NCBI GenBank assembly: GCA_013239625.1
Contig: MU053994.1
Location: forward strand, 3,167,589-3,231,588
DNA length: 64,000 bases
DNA from: Lama guanicoe
Taxonomy: Eukaryota
Reading direction: 5' to 3'
How positions within the stretch are numbered: position 1 is the first letter of the stretch; the number at the start of each line of letters is the position of its first letter. The notes below the pieces were generated by a model. The model was not told the DNA's origin. It did not search any database and was given only the letters and a program-made list of their open reading frames with translations. Shown one piece after another: positions 39,826 through 52,368 of the stretch. The translations under genes were made by a program, and so were the position numbers.

Positions 39826-41812
39826 GTCTACCCATTCGATTCTTGATGGGTGTTTGTGTTGTTTCCAGTTTTAAGTTATTATTAATAAGGCTGCCATGAA
39901 CATTCATGCCAAAGCCTTTTGTATGAACATGTACTTTTATTTCCTTAAGAGTAGAATGGATGGATCATGAGGCAGGTGTATGTTTAACTTTTAAAGAAAC
40001 TGCTACATTGTTTCCAACGTGGTTGCACCATTTTACATTCCCACCAGCAGTGTATGAGAGTCCCAGTTGTTCCATATGCTCTCCAACACTTAGTATAGTC
40101 AGTGTTTCTAATTTTAGTCATTCTAATAGGTGGCTATTTTAATTTGCATTTCCCTAACAACTAAAGTTATTGACTATCTTTTCACATGTTTATTTTCATC
40201 CCATATATCTTTTTGGGTAGTGTTTCTTCTAATACTTTGTGCATTGATTAATTGGGTGACTTATTTATAATTTATTATTCAATATTATTCAATAATTTTA
40301 TTTATAAAAATTATACTTATTAGGATATTATTATTTAATAAGTTATTTATAATTTAGTGCCTACTTTCTTACTATTGAGTTTTGAGGGTTCTTTATAAAT
40401 TTTGAATACAATCATTTGTGGAAAATATATGGAGAAAATATACAGATATTTTCTCACAGTCCATGGCTTGTTTTTTCATTCTCTTAACAGGGTCTTTCAA
40501 AGAGCAGAAATTTAAAATTTTGATGAATCTAATTTATTACTTTTTTCTTTTATAGTTGGTGCTTTTTTTTTTTGTCCTAAAAAATCTTTGCCTACCACTA
40601 GGTCACAAAGATATTCTCCTATATTATCTTCAAGAAGCTTTATAGTTTTAGCTCTTACACTTAGGTCTATGGTCCATCTAAAAGTTTTTATATATGATGT
40701 GAGGTAGGGGTTGAGATTCTTTATTTTCTAGGGATTGCAATATGCATCTTTAATTTATCATGGTCTATCCTGAATTAATCTTGTATGGCTTTGTATATAA
40801 CTTAAGATCCTTATAAGAGTACAATTCAGTTTAATTCCTTTCTCATTCTTTATGCTATTGTTGTCATGTTTTTCATTTACATATGTTATAAACTCCACAA
40901 TACATTGTTATTTTTGTTTTCAACAGTCATTTGTCTGTTAAGCAATTAAGGTGAGAAAAGAGTAGTCTTTTATACTTAGTGGCTTATTTTCTATTTCCAT
41001 TGCTCTTCATTCCTTCCTGTAGATCTGATTTCCATCTATTGTCATTTTCCTTCAAGTTAAAGAATGTCTTCATTTCTTCTTGTGTAGAAGATCTGCTGGA
41101 GATGCATTTTCTCAGATTTTGTTAACCTGAAAGTATCTCTATTTTACTTCATTTCTGAAGATATTTCCATTGGATACAGAATTCTAGGTTGCCAGATTTT
41201 GCTTTTCTTCCAGCAGTTTAAAAGATAAAATTCTGTCATCTTATGGCCTCTATTGTTTCTGATAAGCAGTCATCATTTTTAAATTGATGTTTACTGTATG
41301 TAATGTGTCTTTTTTCTTTGGATGCCTTAAAGAATTTTCTACTTTGGTTTTCAGCATTTTGACTGTAATGTGCCCAGATGTGTGTGTGTGCACATGTGTG
41401 TGTGTGATATTAGTTGGGGTTTGCTGAGCTTTATGTTTTTAATCAAATTGTCTTCAATTATTTTTCTGCCATATGCTCTCTTTTCTCTCCTCTGGGACTC
41501 CAGATACATGCATGTTAGTCTAATTGCTTGATATTGTCTGACAGGTCATTGAAGCTCTGATCATACTTTTTCTAATCTTTTTTTCTCTCTGAGCTTCATT
41601 TTGGGTAATTTCTATTGACTTCTTTCAAATTCATGAATATTTATTCTGCTGTGCGTAGTCTGATATTTTTCTTATTCAATTATGTTTTTAAAAATTTCAG
41701 ATATAATATTTCAGTACTAAGACTTCTATTGGGTTCATTTTCAGAGTTTCTATGCCTCCTTTTTTTATTTTTAATTGTTTTTAGTTTATTTTTGGGGGAG
41801 AGGGTTTAATTA

Positions 41813-42001
41813 TTTTTTTTTTAAGTGAAAAATTTTATATTTAGATTTAGCCAGCTGGACTCAGCTTAGATGATCCCAATTTTGTGGGTAACATCCAAAA
41901 CATCATAGTCAGGAGCCATATGCCTTCTTCTTTCCATCAGGCCTGATCAGGATGTTGACCTTAGCCACGTCAATGTCATGGAGCTTCTTCACACCCTGTT
42001 C
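41813..42001 (-). pseudogene. RPL23A: 5'-truncated processed pseudogene of ribosomal protein L23a (C-terminus, 3'UTR, poly(A))
   Basis: Minus strand translates [28 protein letters not shown], then after a small frameshifting deletion [16 protein letters not shown] (TAA at 41868-41866), followed by a short 3'UTR and poly(A) (T-run 41813-41822). Matches the recalled RPL23A C-terminus [43 protein letters not shown]. Confidence 0.93.
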
Positions 42002-45000
42002 ATACCTCCTTTTTTTAAAAAATTGATCCATGCCTATTCTGAAATCCACTTTCCCCATATCTTCATCCATTATATCCATCTCTTCCTGTAAGTTCCTTAA
42101 CATATTTTTAATGAATCCTTGTTTTGTAATTCCAACACCTGAGCTGTCTCTGTGTCTGCTTCTGTTAACTATCTTTTTCCTCTTGAGAAATGTCACTTTG
42201 CTGCTTTGTCACATATCTAGTATTATTTGATTGTATAGCAGATATTGTAGATAGTGGTTATAGAAACTCTAGATTCTCTTATCTTCCTTTGAAGAGTGTT
42301 GAATTTCCTTCTGGCATTCGGTTAAACTAGTGGCAGATCACCTTGATACATGGGAGGCTTGCTTTCAGTCTTTGTTAGGGAAGGCCTAGTTCGGTTTTGC
42401 CCTTCGCCCTGGGAAATGGTCTTTACTCCTAAGGTGTGGCCCTCTGGGGTTTCAGTGTAAAGCTCAAGGTATTTTACAAGCCCTTCTAACTTCGTAGAAC
42501 TTGAACTCTTAATCTGTTTCCCATTGATGGGAAACTGCTGAAATCTCCGTTTAGTTCTTTTAGCCTTCAGTTGTTGGCTCCTTGGAGTCACCCTATACAT
42601 ATGACTATAGGATTCAAACAAGGATCTAAGGGAAGCCTGTGTGCCAATTTTGTGGCTCCTCATCTGTGGCTCCCTTTTTTTTTAAACTGAAGTATAGTCA
42701 ATTTACAATGTTGTGTGTGGCTCCCTCTTTTTCATGGTTTCCCTCCTCAATTTCCAGCCACTGTGGCCACTATACACTCTGACCTCTAACTTTTCTGCTC
42801 AGTAAGATTCTTGCTTTCTGCCTGAGTCTACTCCCCATGTGTAGTTTGGCTTTAAAATGCCCTGAGAGGAAAAGACAGTTAAATGTGGTTCTCATCTAGA
42901 TTCCTTTTCTTCATTTAAGGGTCGTATCTTCTCTGGTTACCTGTTTAGGTTTCTCTCTAGTGCCTTCAAATGATTTTTTTTTTATTCAAGTATACTTGAT
43001 TTACAATGTTGTGTTCAGATGATTTTTTCACTGAAGTACAGTCAGTTATAATGTGTCAATTTCCGATGGACAGCACAATGTCCCAGTCATGCATATATAC
43101 ATATATTTATTTTCATATTCTTTTTCATTAAAGGTTATTATAAGATATTGAATATAATTCTGTGTGCATATGATTTTTAAAAAATATTTTTCCAGAGTTT
43201 ACACTAACAATCACCAGGAGTGTTGGCCTGATACAAGCTACTCTGCCATTATTGCAAGCAGAACTCACCCAAATATGTTATTTAAGAATTTTTTGTTTTG
43301 GTACCCCGTTTTTCTGGATCACCTCGTATATACTTAGTCTTCATGTTGGGTAAAACAATACTGGAGTTTGGTTGTCTATTCTGAGAATTGCTTGATTTAA
43401 CTTAAATTTCACTTAACAATCCAGTAAATTATTTATTGTTCCTAATGGCTATCAAAGTTTCAGAGGCTGGAAATAGGTCTCTAACAGTGACAACATCTTG
43501 AGTCTTTAAAGTTAAAAAAAAAAACACTTTAATCTGTTTTGTGAAATAGGTAATACAGTCACATCACTCAAAATTAATAAGGTAAAAAGGCTATATAATA
43601 AAAAGCTTCACCCTCACCTTTCTTGCATGTTTTTTTTTAAGCCGGCAGCCAAAAATTTGATCTCTTGCATTATGCAAGCAAACTGGTTGTATCCTGTCTG
43701 TCATAATCCCATGAGTTCCTTGACAAAGTTTTCAAAATGAATGACATTCCCCAGCAGGGATTATTACAGAGGAAGGCATCAATTCCATTTAATTCTGCAA
43801 ACATTTACTGAGCCCTACAGTGTGCCTGGAACAATATTAGCTATTGTAGAGTAGAAACATGAATCATATGGTGGAGGGTGCACTTCTCTTAATTAGAAAG
43901 GAGAAGAGACTAGAATGAAGGACCGTTTGTAAGGAAATCTGATGCCTCTTCTTGACCCAGTTGGAAGAGATAATAGAAAAAGGTTCAGCCTCTGTCCAGC
44001 TGACGCCTGGAGTTAGGGTTATATTCTTGGCGCTGTCTCTCTAACAGGGTGTCTCTCCCACCCAGCAGCTGCCCTCTTTACAGCCAAGCTCAGCACAGGG
44101 TCCAAGAACCTTGCTGGATGCTTGGTGTCTAATTCACAGTTCTTAGGGAGAGGGAAAAGCTTTGTCTCTGGAACTTCAGAACGTTGAACTAGCTACAGTT
44201 TACAACTGAAGGGTGGCTCAAGTTGCTGAGTGTCCTCCAGCCAAGTCTGAAAGGGCTGAATCACCGTCCTAGCAGCTGAAAAAAGCACGTGTGTCCATAA
44301 AAGTTGGACTGAAAAGACACTGGAAGCTGAGCATACCTACAGAGGCAGCAGCAAACATAACTATACAGTCCTCATGTGGCCACACCTTGAAGTTCCCACA
44401 AGGGCTTGGATAGGCAAGGCAAGGCAGCGTGAACACAGTAGGAGGGGCTGCATGGTAGGCCCAGGTGTTTGCTAGGAATTTGGGAGTATTGCTGAGGAGA
44501 GGAAGAAATTGCGAATAGCAGTGGTCAGGTTTTACAGCTGGGTACCTTTGCTCCTCTGCAAGAATGTCAGATGGAGCACACTCCACCTGCCAGCTGTTCC
44601 TGGCCAGAAAATAAAACTTGTGCATCTTCCATGCTGTTTTTTTTTTCATTGGAACTCAAGATGGGGCTTGGGCCCTCTGGCTACCACAGAGGAGCAGGTC
44701 ATGCCATTCTGCTTTTGGCATTTGCTTTTGGAAATTTTTATTTGATCCTCCATTCCAATGCTCAGAACAAAAGTAACTTATAAGCACCAGTCCCTCCTGT
44801 GATGATGTAAAAAAGGCTCCAGAAAGCAAGGGCTGGTGAATGTAAATTAACCACAGTGTCCACAGTTATTCTTTTGAGGTGTGTAAGAAGGTTGCTGGTA
44901 GTTTATTTAGTATGCTGTCCTTAGGGCTTAATTAGAGTGACTGTTAAGGAAAGAAAAGAAAGATTGATAGGCTTTACTTTCATTCCCAACCTGTTTCCTA

Positions 45001-45079
45001 ATTCTCCCTTCTTCATGAGGCTTAATTTACTAGGTGGGTATTTTCAGAAATTGAATTCTTAAGAGTGGGAGGGACTAGA

Positions 45080-45378
45080 GCAGCACCAATAGAAATACAA
45101 TGCAAGCCACAGACGTTTAAATTCTTTAAGTAGCCCAATAAAAAAGGTAAAGAGAAACAACTGAATTGATTTTAATATTTTCCCTAACCCAGTAATCTAA
45201 AATATCATTTTGACATGTAATCAACATATTATTGATGAGCTATTTTACCTTTTTTTGGTACTGTCTTTGGGATCTCGTGTGTATTTTACACTTACAGCAC
45301 ATTTCAATTTGGGCTAGCTACATTTCAAATGCTCAGTAGCCACATGTGGCTAGGGGCCACGGTATTGGGCAGCACAGA
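45080..45378. mobile_element. MER33-like MITE
   Basis: ccaatagaaatacaatgcaagccac...catttcaaatgctcagtagccacatgtggctag. Confidence 0.75.
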
Positions 45379-45468
45379 ACTAAACCATAGGCCACACTGA
45401 TGCCCTCCAGGTCCCTTAACGCATGCAGACAACAAGCCCTCTAGGCTGCATTCTAGGAGAGCACAAGC

Positions 45469-45546
45469 GAGGGTATAGCTCAGCGGTAGAGCGCGTGCTC
45501 AGCATGCACAAGGTCCTGGGTTCAATTTCCAGGACCTGCAGTAAAT
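45469..45546 (+). mobile_element. tRNA-derived SINE ~320 nt upstream of NYX exon 3
   Basis: gggtatagctcagcggtagagcgcgtgctcagcatgcacaaggtcctgggttcaat, with minimal tail. Confidence 0.85.
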
Positions 45547-45849
45547 AGAGACAGGCAGGAGAGGGGTTAGGATGGGATCAAGTTCTGGGATTCCAGCTGA
45601 GTGTTGCTGATGAAGAAAACTGGAAAGCAAAGGGAAACTGGAAAGCAAAGGGGGAGGGCGTGGTGGGTGGGGACACCTGAGTAAGGTCTCGGCGGCGGAA
45701 AGAGGCCCTTTTGGAGGGCAGGGTTCTGTGGGACGTCTGAGAACTTGGTGGACAGTCACATCCTGCCACTCGGACAGGGAGGAGTGAACTTGGTGCGACC
45801 CTCTGGCTGACAGCTGCTCCTGTTTTGTCTTTTCTTCCCCCTCCCCGGC

Positions 45850-47220
45850 CACCCTCCCACCCCCGCCAGCCGTGGTCCTCGGCCTGCCCAGCGCCCGGGC
45901 CGCCGAGGACGCCTGCGCCAGCGCCTGCCCGGCAGCCTGCGCCTGCAGCAGTGTGGAGCGCGGCTGCTCCGTGCGCTGCGACCGCGCGGGCCTCCTGCGG
46001 GTGCCGGCCGAGTTCCCGTGCGAGGCGGCCTCCATCGACCTGGACCGCAACGGCCTGCGCTTCCTGGGCGAGCGGGCCTTCGGCACGCTGCCGTCGCTGC
46101 GCCGCCTGTCGCTGCGCCACAACAACCTGTCCTTCATCACGCCCGGCGCCTTCAAGGGCCTGCCGCGCCTGGCCGAACTGCGCCTGGAGCAGAACGGCGA
46201 CCTGCGCTACCTGCACGCGCGCACCTTCGCCGCGCTCGGCCGCCTGCGCCGCCTCGACCTGGCCGCCTGCCGCCTCTTCACCGTGCCCGAGCGCCTCCTG
46301 GCCGAGCTGCCCGCCCTGCGCGAGCTCGCCGCCTTCGACAACCTGTTCCGCCGTGTGCCGGGCGCGCTGCGCGGCCTGGCCAACCTGACGCATGCGCACC
46401 TGGAGCGCAGCCGTATCGAGGCCGTGGCCTCCAGCTCGCTGCTGGGCCTGCGTCGCCTGCGCTCGCTCAGCCTGCAGGCCAACCGCGTCCGCGCAGTGCA
46501 CGGCGGCGCCTTCCGCGACTGCGGCGCCCTGGAGCACCTGCTGCTCAACGACAACCTGTTGGCCGTGCTGCCGGCCGATGCCTTCCGCGGCCTGCGCCGC
46601 CTGCGCACGCTCAACCTGGGCGGCAACGCGCTGGGCCTCGTGGCGCGTGCCTGGTTCGCGGACCTGGCCGAGCTTGAGCTGCTCTACCTGGACCGCAACA
46701 GCATCGCCTTCGTGGAGGAGGGCGCCTTCCAGAACCTCTCGGGCCTCCTGGCCCTGCATCTCAACGGCAACCGCCTCACCGTGCTCGCCTGGGCCGCCTT
46801 CCAGCCGGGTTTCTTCCTGGGCCGCCTCTTCCTCTTCCGCAACCCGTGGCGCTGTGACTGCCACCTGGAGTGGCTGCGGGACTGGATGGAGAGCTTCGGG
46901 CGCGCCGCCGACGTGCCGTGCGCCTCCCCGGGCTCTGTGGCCGGCCTGGACCTTCACCAGGTGGCCTTTGGGCGCTCCTCTGACGGCCTCTGCGTGGACC
47001 CCGAGGAGCTGAACCTCACCGCGTCCAGTCCAGGCCCGCCCCCAGAGCCAGTGGCCACCACAGTGAGCAGGTTCAGCAGCCTCCTCTCCAAGCTGCTAGC
47101 CCCGAGGGCCCCGCTGGGGGAGGCGGCCAACACCACCGAGGGGCCGGGCAACGCCTCGCTGTCTGACAGCCTTCCCTCCCGGGGTGTGGGCCGCTCGGGC
47201 CGCAAGACCCCGTTTCTCCT
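45850..47220. promoter_or_regulatory. Intragenic CpG island coincident with NYX exon 3
   Basis: Very high GC and CpG density visible across the exon. Confidence 0.85.
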
Positions 47221-47278
47221 GGGCTCTGGTCTTCTGCTCAGCCTGGCTCAGCACGTTTTTGTCCTTCAGATGGACTGA
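45870..47278 (+). CDS. NYX: NYX main coding exon (exon 3): nyctalopin, LRR protein with Cys-rich N-cap, tandem LRRs, LRRCT and hydrophobic C-terminus; 477 aa with exon 2
   Basis: ORF 45872..47278 with CPAACAC...[11 protein letters not shown]-cap, repeated LxxLxLxxNx[18 protein letters not shown] and ...VLQMD end, recognisably nyctalopin. Preceded by a long polypyrimidine tract, CAG acceptor at 45867-45869 and a candidate branch point CTGAC at 45807-45811. Confidence 0.98.
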
Positions 47279-48050
47279 CCCTTCCGCACTGGGGTGGCCC
47301 ACACTGCGACTGCCTTGGCCATGGTGGGGGCGGAAATGAGGAAGGGAGAGTTTAGTTAACTGGGCTTGAAGGTGTTGGGTGTGGGGGAGGGGAATAGGAT
47401 GGGGACGGGGGCGAACATTCCAGGCGAGAGGGGAAGGAACAGTTTGCCTCCGGAGATGGTCCTGGGAAATGCCATGTGAGAGAGGGGGGAGGCTATGGAC
47501 TTTGCTCCTGTCACATGGGCATTAATTGGAAAAGAGAAGCAAGAATGAACATGCCCCCTCTGGTGAGAAGACTAGGGATTGGAAGTTTCTAGGGCTACAG
47601 GGCTCCACCCGTATCCTTCCACCCCCCACCCCCCACAACCCCTTCCTGGAAACTCGGCCTGCATGCCTGAATTAGAGTTAATCCATAGGCAAAGAAGTAA
47701 TAAAAACTGTGCAAGTTCTCCGGGGGGGGCAACCATTAAATGCCCAATCCCTTTTTTTTCTACTACAATCCTCATCCCCCTCCCCCAGGGGCCTGGGGAT
47801 ACCAGGGTCCAGAAAGTGGATAGGACAGGAGGCAAGTGTGATGGGAGAAGGACTTGGACCCACGGGGGTGGCAGTGGTTCCTGCCGTCTGAGATGTGTTA
47901 GGAGGCGTTTAAAACAAAGATTAATTTCATTTACTCCACAGTTATTCCCAGGGGTGGCCTTAGCTGCAAAGGGACTTTTAAGGCAGAATAGGGGAAAAAA
48001 AGAAGAGGAGTGTTTGTGGCCAAATAAATTTGTGAAATCCTAAGATTAAA
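47279..48050 (+). other. NYX: NYX 3'UTR with candidate polyadenylation signals
   Basis: AATAAA at 47699-47704 and 48023-48028, ATTAAA at 48045-48050, followed by T-rich sequence. Confidence 0.6.
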
Positions 48051-48619
48051 AAACAAAAGTTAAACAGGTTTTTTTTCTGCAGGACTTTCCAGAGTCTTTT
48101 ATACGCAAACATGGATTGTGACTTTCCCATGGAGGCCACAAAATCCTCTTTTCTTAGTGTTTTGTGGGAAGAGTGTCCGAAAGACACAGAGATGCTGTGT
48201 TAGCGGGGCAGGGAGTCTCTGGCTTGGAGAATCCCATTGGGTGTGGAAATTATTATGGGCTGCTTCGGGGCTGACTGACGGGCCAAGAGGAAAGGAGGCA
48301 GCCCCCGAAGAGGGGCTGAAAGATTTCCCGGGGTGAGAGGTGGCCAACTGTAAGCCCCCAGACCTGAATGCCAGAGCAGAGGCTCTTGTGTTCGCTAAGT
48401 AGGTGCTCAAGCTGTCCTCCACACAGATGTAATGATGACTGCTTTTGTCAATATTGTGAAAGTCTCTAATCTTAAATGTCCTCTCTCTGTATTTGAAGAG
48501 GTGGGTTTTCAAAGCCCACATGGGTTCAGGATGTGCTGAGCTGTCAGGTCTTTAAGGCTTCTGCTATGTCTCTAGGTAATACTAAATATTAGAAATGCTG
48601 TAGAAAGCACCACTGAGGG

Positions 48620-48872
48620 CAGGAATGTTCAAATGGGTTGTGACCATTAGTGAGTCATCATCAACTCATTTAATGGGTCACAACCGGCATTTAAAAAAAC
48701 AAGATTGAACAGGAAGTCACAGAGCATCACATGTAATATAAGAGTAAGTACTCTTTTGTGAAACTTTTTATTTAATTTGTATGCATTTGTTCAGATTATG
48801 TGTGTGTCTGGATTGCTGCATCCAATTTATATTTTATTGTGGCTTATTGTTTTAAAAGTTTGAAAGTCACTA
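48620..48872. mobile_element. hAT-Charlie-like MITE (related copy at ~52795-53030)
   Basis: The two regions share ccattagtg...accRgcatt...agagtaag...aactttt...tttgaaagYcaStR. Confidence 0.55.
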
Positions 48873-50224
48873 ATCTGGAACATGCATGATTTTTTCTAAA
48901 CATTTTTTTTATTGAGTTATAGTCATTTTACAATGTTGTGTCAAATTCCAGTGTTGAGCAATGATTCTTTTTTTAATTGAGGTATAGTCAGTTTACAATG
49001 TTGTGTCTGGTGTACAGCACAGTTCTTCAGTCATACATAAATATACGTATATTCATTTTCATATTCTTTTTCACCATGAGCTACAAGATATTGAATATAT
49101 TTCCCTGTGCTATACAGTATAAACTTGTTTATCTATTTTATATATACCAGTCAGTAATGCATGATTCTTTTTAAACTTTTTATTTTGAAAAATCTCAAAT
49201 CTACAGAAGAGTTGCAAGAATAGTAGAATGAACACTTTGGCCATTTACCTAGGTTTCCCAGTTGTTAACATTTTACTATATTTGTTTTCTCTCTCCCTCC
49301 ATATTATCATTTCTTACTAACAGTTTGAGTTAGTTGTAAGCGTCATGACCCTTCACCCCTACATACCTCAGTGTATATTTCCTAAGAATGAGGACATTCT
49401 CTTATCCATGATGCCATTATCACAATCAGGAACTTTATCATTGATAGAATACTATTATTTAAAATATATTCTATATTGAAATTTCAGTAGTTGTCAAAAT
49501 GATTTTTTAGGCAGTCATTCATTTTCCTATGGGTGGAGAATGAGGTTCCTAGGTTGTGGCTTGTATTCATTTGATCACAGTACTCAAAATGCTTAATTCG
49601 TCGGTTGATTTTAACCTTTCAAAATGAATTTGTTCTCCAAATGGCTTACTTTTCAAATGTGAGAACCAGATGAGGTCAGAAATGTTGTTTGTTCAAACCG
49701 TGTGTTGTGGCCATGGTAACAGTGAGGATCACGAGAATCCTGGAGGCGAGATCTCTGTGTTGGGTAACCATGGGAGTCCACAGCAGACACGCAGCCCGTG
49801 TTACTGAGGAACAAGGTGCCGCCTTCGAAGGAATGTCCTTCCTTTCATTCGGAGTGGGTTCCTGAGAGTCAGCTTCAAAATGCTGCTCCAGTTTTGCCTG
49901 GGTGGTTAGTTGGTGAGCTTTTTAATGAACATTTGTTTGGCTGAATGTTTCTGAACAAGTATCAACGCTGAAATAGCCTCTGGGGAGACAGATTTTTATA
50001 GAGCTACCCAGCCCAGTAGAATTCTGGGAACGTGGGAGTTACTTACTGCCAAACAGATCCAGAGTTGCCTGGAACAAGTTCCCAGTGAATTGTGGCCATT
50101 ATGAGCTCTCGTGAGAGAACGGGGAGTGGAGAGTTCCCAGTTTTGAGGTCGTTAAGTTTCTTACCCTGTCACTGGCTAATTACCTGGGGAAAGGTTAAGG
50201 TACTATGGATTCTGCTAAGCAAAT

Positions 50225-50620
50225 CTGTGTACCCGTCAGGGTGGACCACGTTATGCTCTGGTAACAAACAAGCCCCAAACTTCAGTGGCTGACTGAGGGT
50301 TATTTCTTGTTCATGCTACATGTCCACCATGGCCTTCTTAGGGGGTGCTCTGCGCATTGTAGCCACTCAGGGACCCAAGATGATGAGGAATCTGCCATTT
50401 TAGGACATTGTTACCCAAACACAGGTTTTCAGGTTTGCTGCAACAGAAAAGGAAAGCTTGCAGGAATCATTACTCAAATGCTTCCAGCCAGATGTGACAC
50501 ATGTTGCTTCTCATATTTTCTTGGCCCAAAAGGTGACACGGCCACATTTAACTTCACCAAGGCAGGGAAGTATGGCCCTTTCATGTGCTCAGAAGGAGAA
50601 GAGAACTGGGAATATTGGTG
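50225..50620 (-). mobile_element. MLT1-like LTR
   Basis: ttatgctctggtaacaaacaagccccaaacttcagtggct...tttcttgttcatgctacatgtcc. Confidence 0.6.
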
Positions 50621-52306
50621 AACACTCCAGAGGCTCCAGGTGGCTCACCTGATAGAATCAAGTCTGGACTGCTGAGAACTGTCCGGTGAAATAGAGGCTG
50701 GAGGGGGGCAATCTGGTGAGCCAGCCACTAGCCCCCCTCTTTTGCTCCTCCCAGCAGCCAGCTAGGCTTTGAACACGATATTGGCTTTAGCCAGTAGGAA
50801 TGCTGCAGCCTCACTGTATTGGTTGTTTCAAGAAAGGAGAGAGAAAATGTCAAGACAAAGTTTATATTTTTCCCTTAAAAAATGTTTTCCACACAGAGAC
50901 TCAACTTACAGTATTAAAATCCCCAGAAGCTTGATCTGTGGAAAAGACCCTTTCAGAACTCTCCCTGGTTGTTTGGAAGAGGTCTCCCTGTGGTGGTTTC
51001 ACAAAGGTGGTCAACAGCCTTCTGGTCCACCCACCTTTGTCAGGCCACCACAGTGCTGCCCTCTGGAGGATGCTGTCTGCCGGGCCCAGCTGTCCTTGGC
51101 TGTTGGTTCCCTCTGCCATTTTTACCCCAACCTCCAGGGAGGGGACCCTACTCCCTTTGATCCTCTGGCCCAAGGACAGCTTAGGCCCTCCCCTAAGTCC
51201 CTCACAGCACAGATCACACCAGTGAGAAGTGAAGGAGACTTCCCCGAAAGGCTGGGTATAATGGAAGAGAAGCAAGTAGCCCATCTGACTACTGTTGGAT
51301 GTGGTTGTTGGCAGAACCCCCATTCCCCAATCCAGGGGCCTCTATGGCTGGGCCGGCTTAGCTCCCTCCTCGACCCACATGTACTGGGGATGCTCAGGCC
51401 TCACTGTGTTTCTGAGACCAAACTCCCAGGGAGGTTTTTTCTTGTCCCTCTGTCTAAGGCCCACCTCCCCAGCCCCACACTGGCAATTCTACTCTAGACA
51501 GTGGCCAGTCTTGCCCTCTGCAGCATTCTCCAGAAGATGTCACACCCAGCCCACGGTGGGGTCCATTAGAGCCAAAGGGGCAGTCAAGTCCCGGTCCTTA
51601 GTCTGCCCACCTGCTTGCCTGCCAGTCCCTTCTTAACTCCAGCTCCATGGGGCCTGAAAACTGCTGCTCAGAGTTCTGGGAGAACAAACAGTTCTGGGAA
51701 TGCCAATTAGCCTGAAGTTGCACAAAATGAAGTAACATTTCTCTCCAAAGAGCACCAATGTCTGGGAGAGACACAGCCCTGAAAAAAAAAAACAAAAACC
51801 ATCCATCTCCCTTCTTTTAAAGTGTTACATGGTATGACCAAAGTTGTTTTTTTTTTTTTAATCTTGAAAGATACTCCCTTTTTCTCTTACACAGGACTCT
51901 GCACTTCCTCGTGTGAGACTGTGTTCAGATCTCCCCCAAGAGCGAGGGGTGGGCCCTTGCCCGTGTATTTGCACTGAGCCCCATGGCTTCACAGAGCAGA
52001 GGATGGGCTTTCCCAGAGGCCCACCCAAGTTTCCATCTGAGGGAGCAGAGACTGCTTGTAACAGCACATGAATTTTCCAGATCCCAGAAGTCTGAGAGTT
52101 CCCTCTCTGTCCTGTTCACTGTGTTGGCCAGGGAGTGTCTCTGTACCTACTGGTTCTCCTGGGTGGTGAGTGGGGGCAGCTTTCACACGGCCTTTGCTCC
52201 CGGTGTGGTCAGGAAAAGCCAAAGGGGACAGGAGTCAGACCGGGGAGGTGGTATTTTCACGTTTTAAGCAGCAGTAACAGCTAGATCTCTGCTCCCTGCC
52301 CCCTAA

Positions 52307-52368
52307 ACACACGCACACACACACACACACACACACACTCACTCACTCACTCACTCACTCTCTCTCTC
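52307..52368. repeat. Compound (CA)n(CTCA)n(CT)n microsatellite
   Basis: Direct observation. Confidence 0.9.

Larger units (their letters stand above)
37700..43250 (-). mobile_element. Cluster of old L1M-type fragments in NYX intron 2
   Basis: T-rich degenerate L1 ORF2, 3'UTR and 5' remnants with younger insertions. Confidence 0.7.

Noticed and set aside
45617..45652. 18-bp direct repeat aaactggaaagcaaaggg x2
   Set aside because: A simple local duplication in the intron with no sign of function.
45578..46957. 459-aa antisense ORF overlapping NYX exon 3
   Set aside because: It is codon-aligned with NYX. Antisense stops need sense TTA, CTA or TCA codons, which are rare in this GC3-rich exon, so this is a shadow ORF with no recognisable domain.
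45499..47012. Other long alternative-frame ORFs over NYX (187-219 aa)
   Set aside because: Arg/Pro/Ala-rich by-products of extreme GC content.
50769..51497. 242-aa ORF downstream of NYX
   Set aside because: Non-ATG start, no recognisable domain or codon bias, and no supported exon structure.
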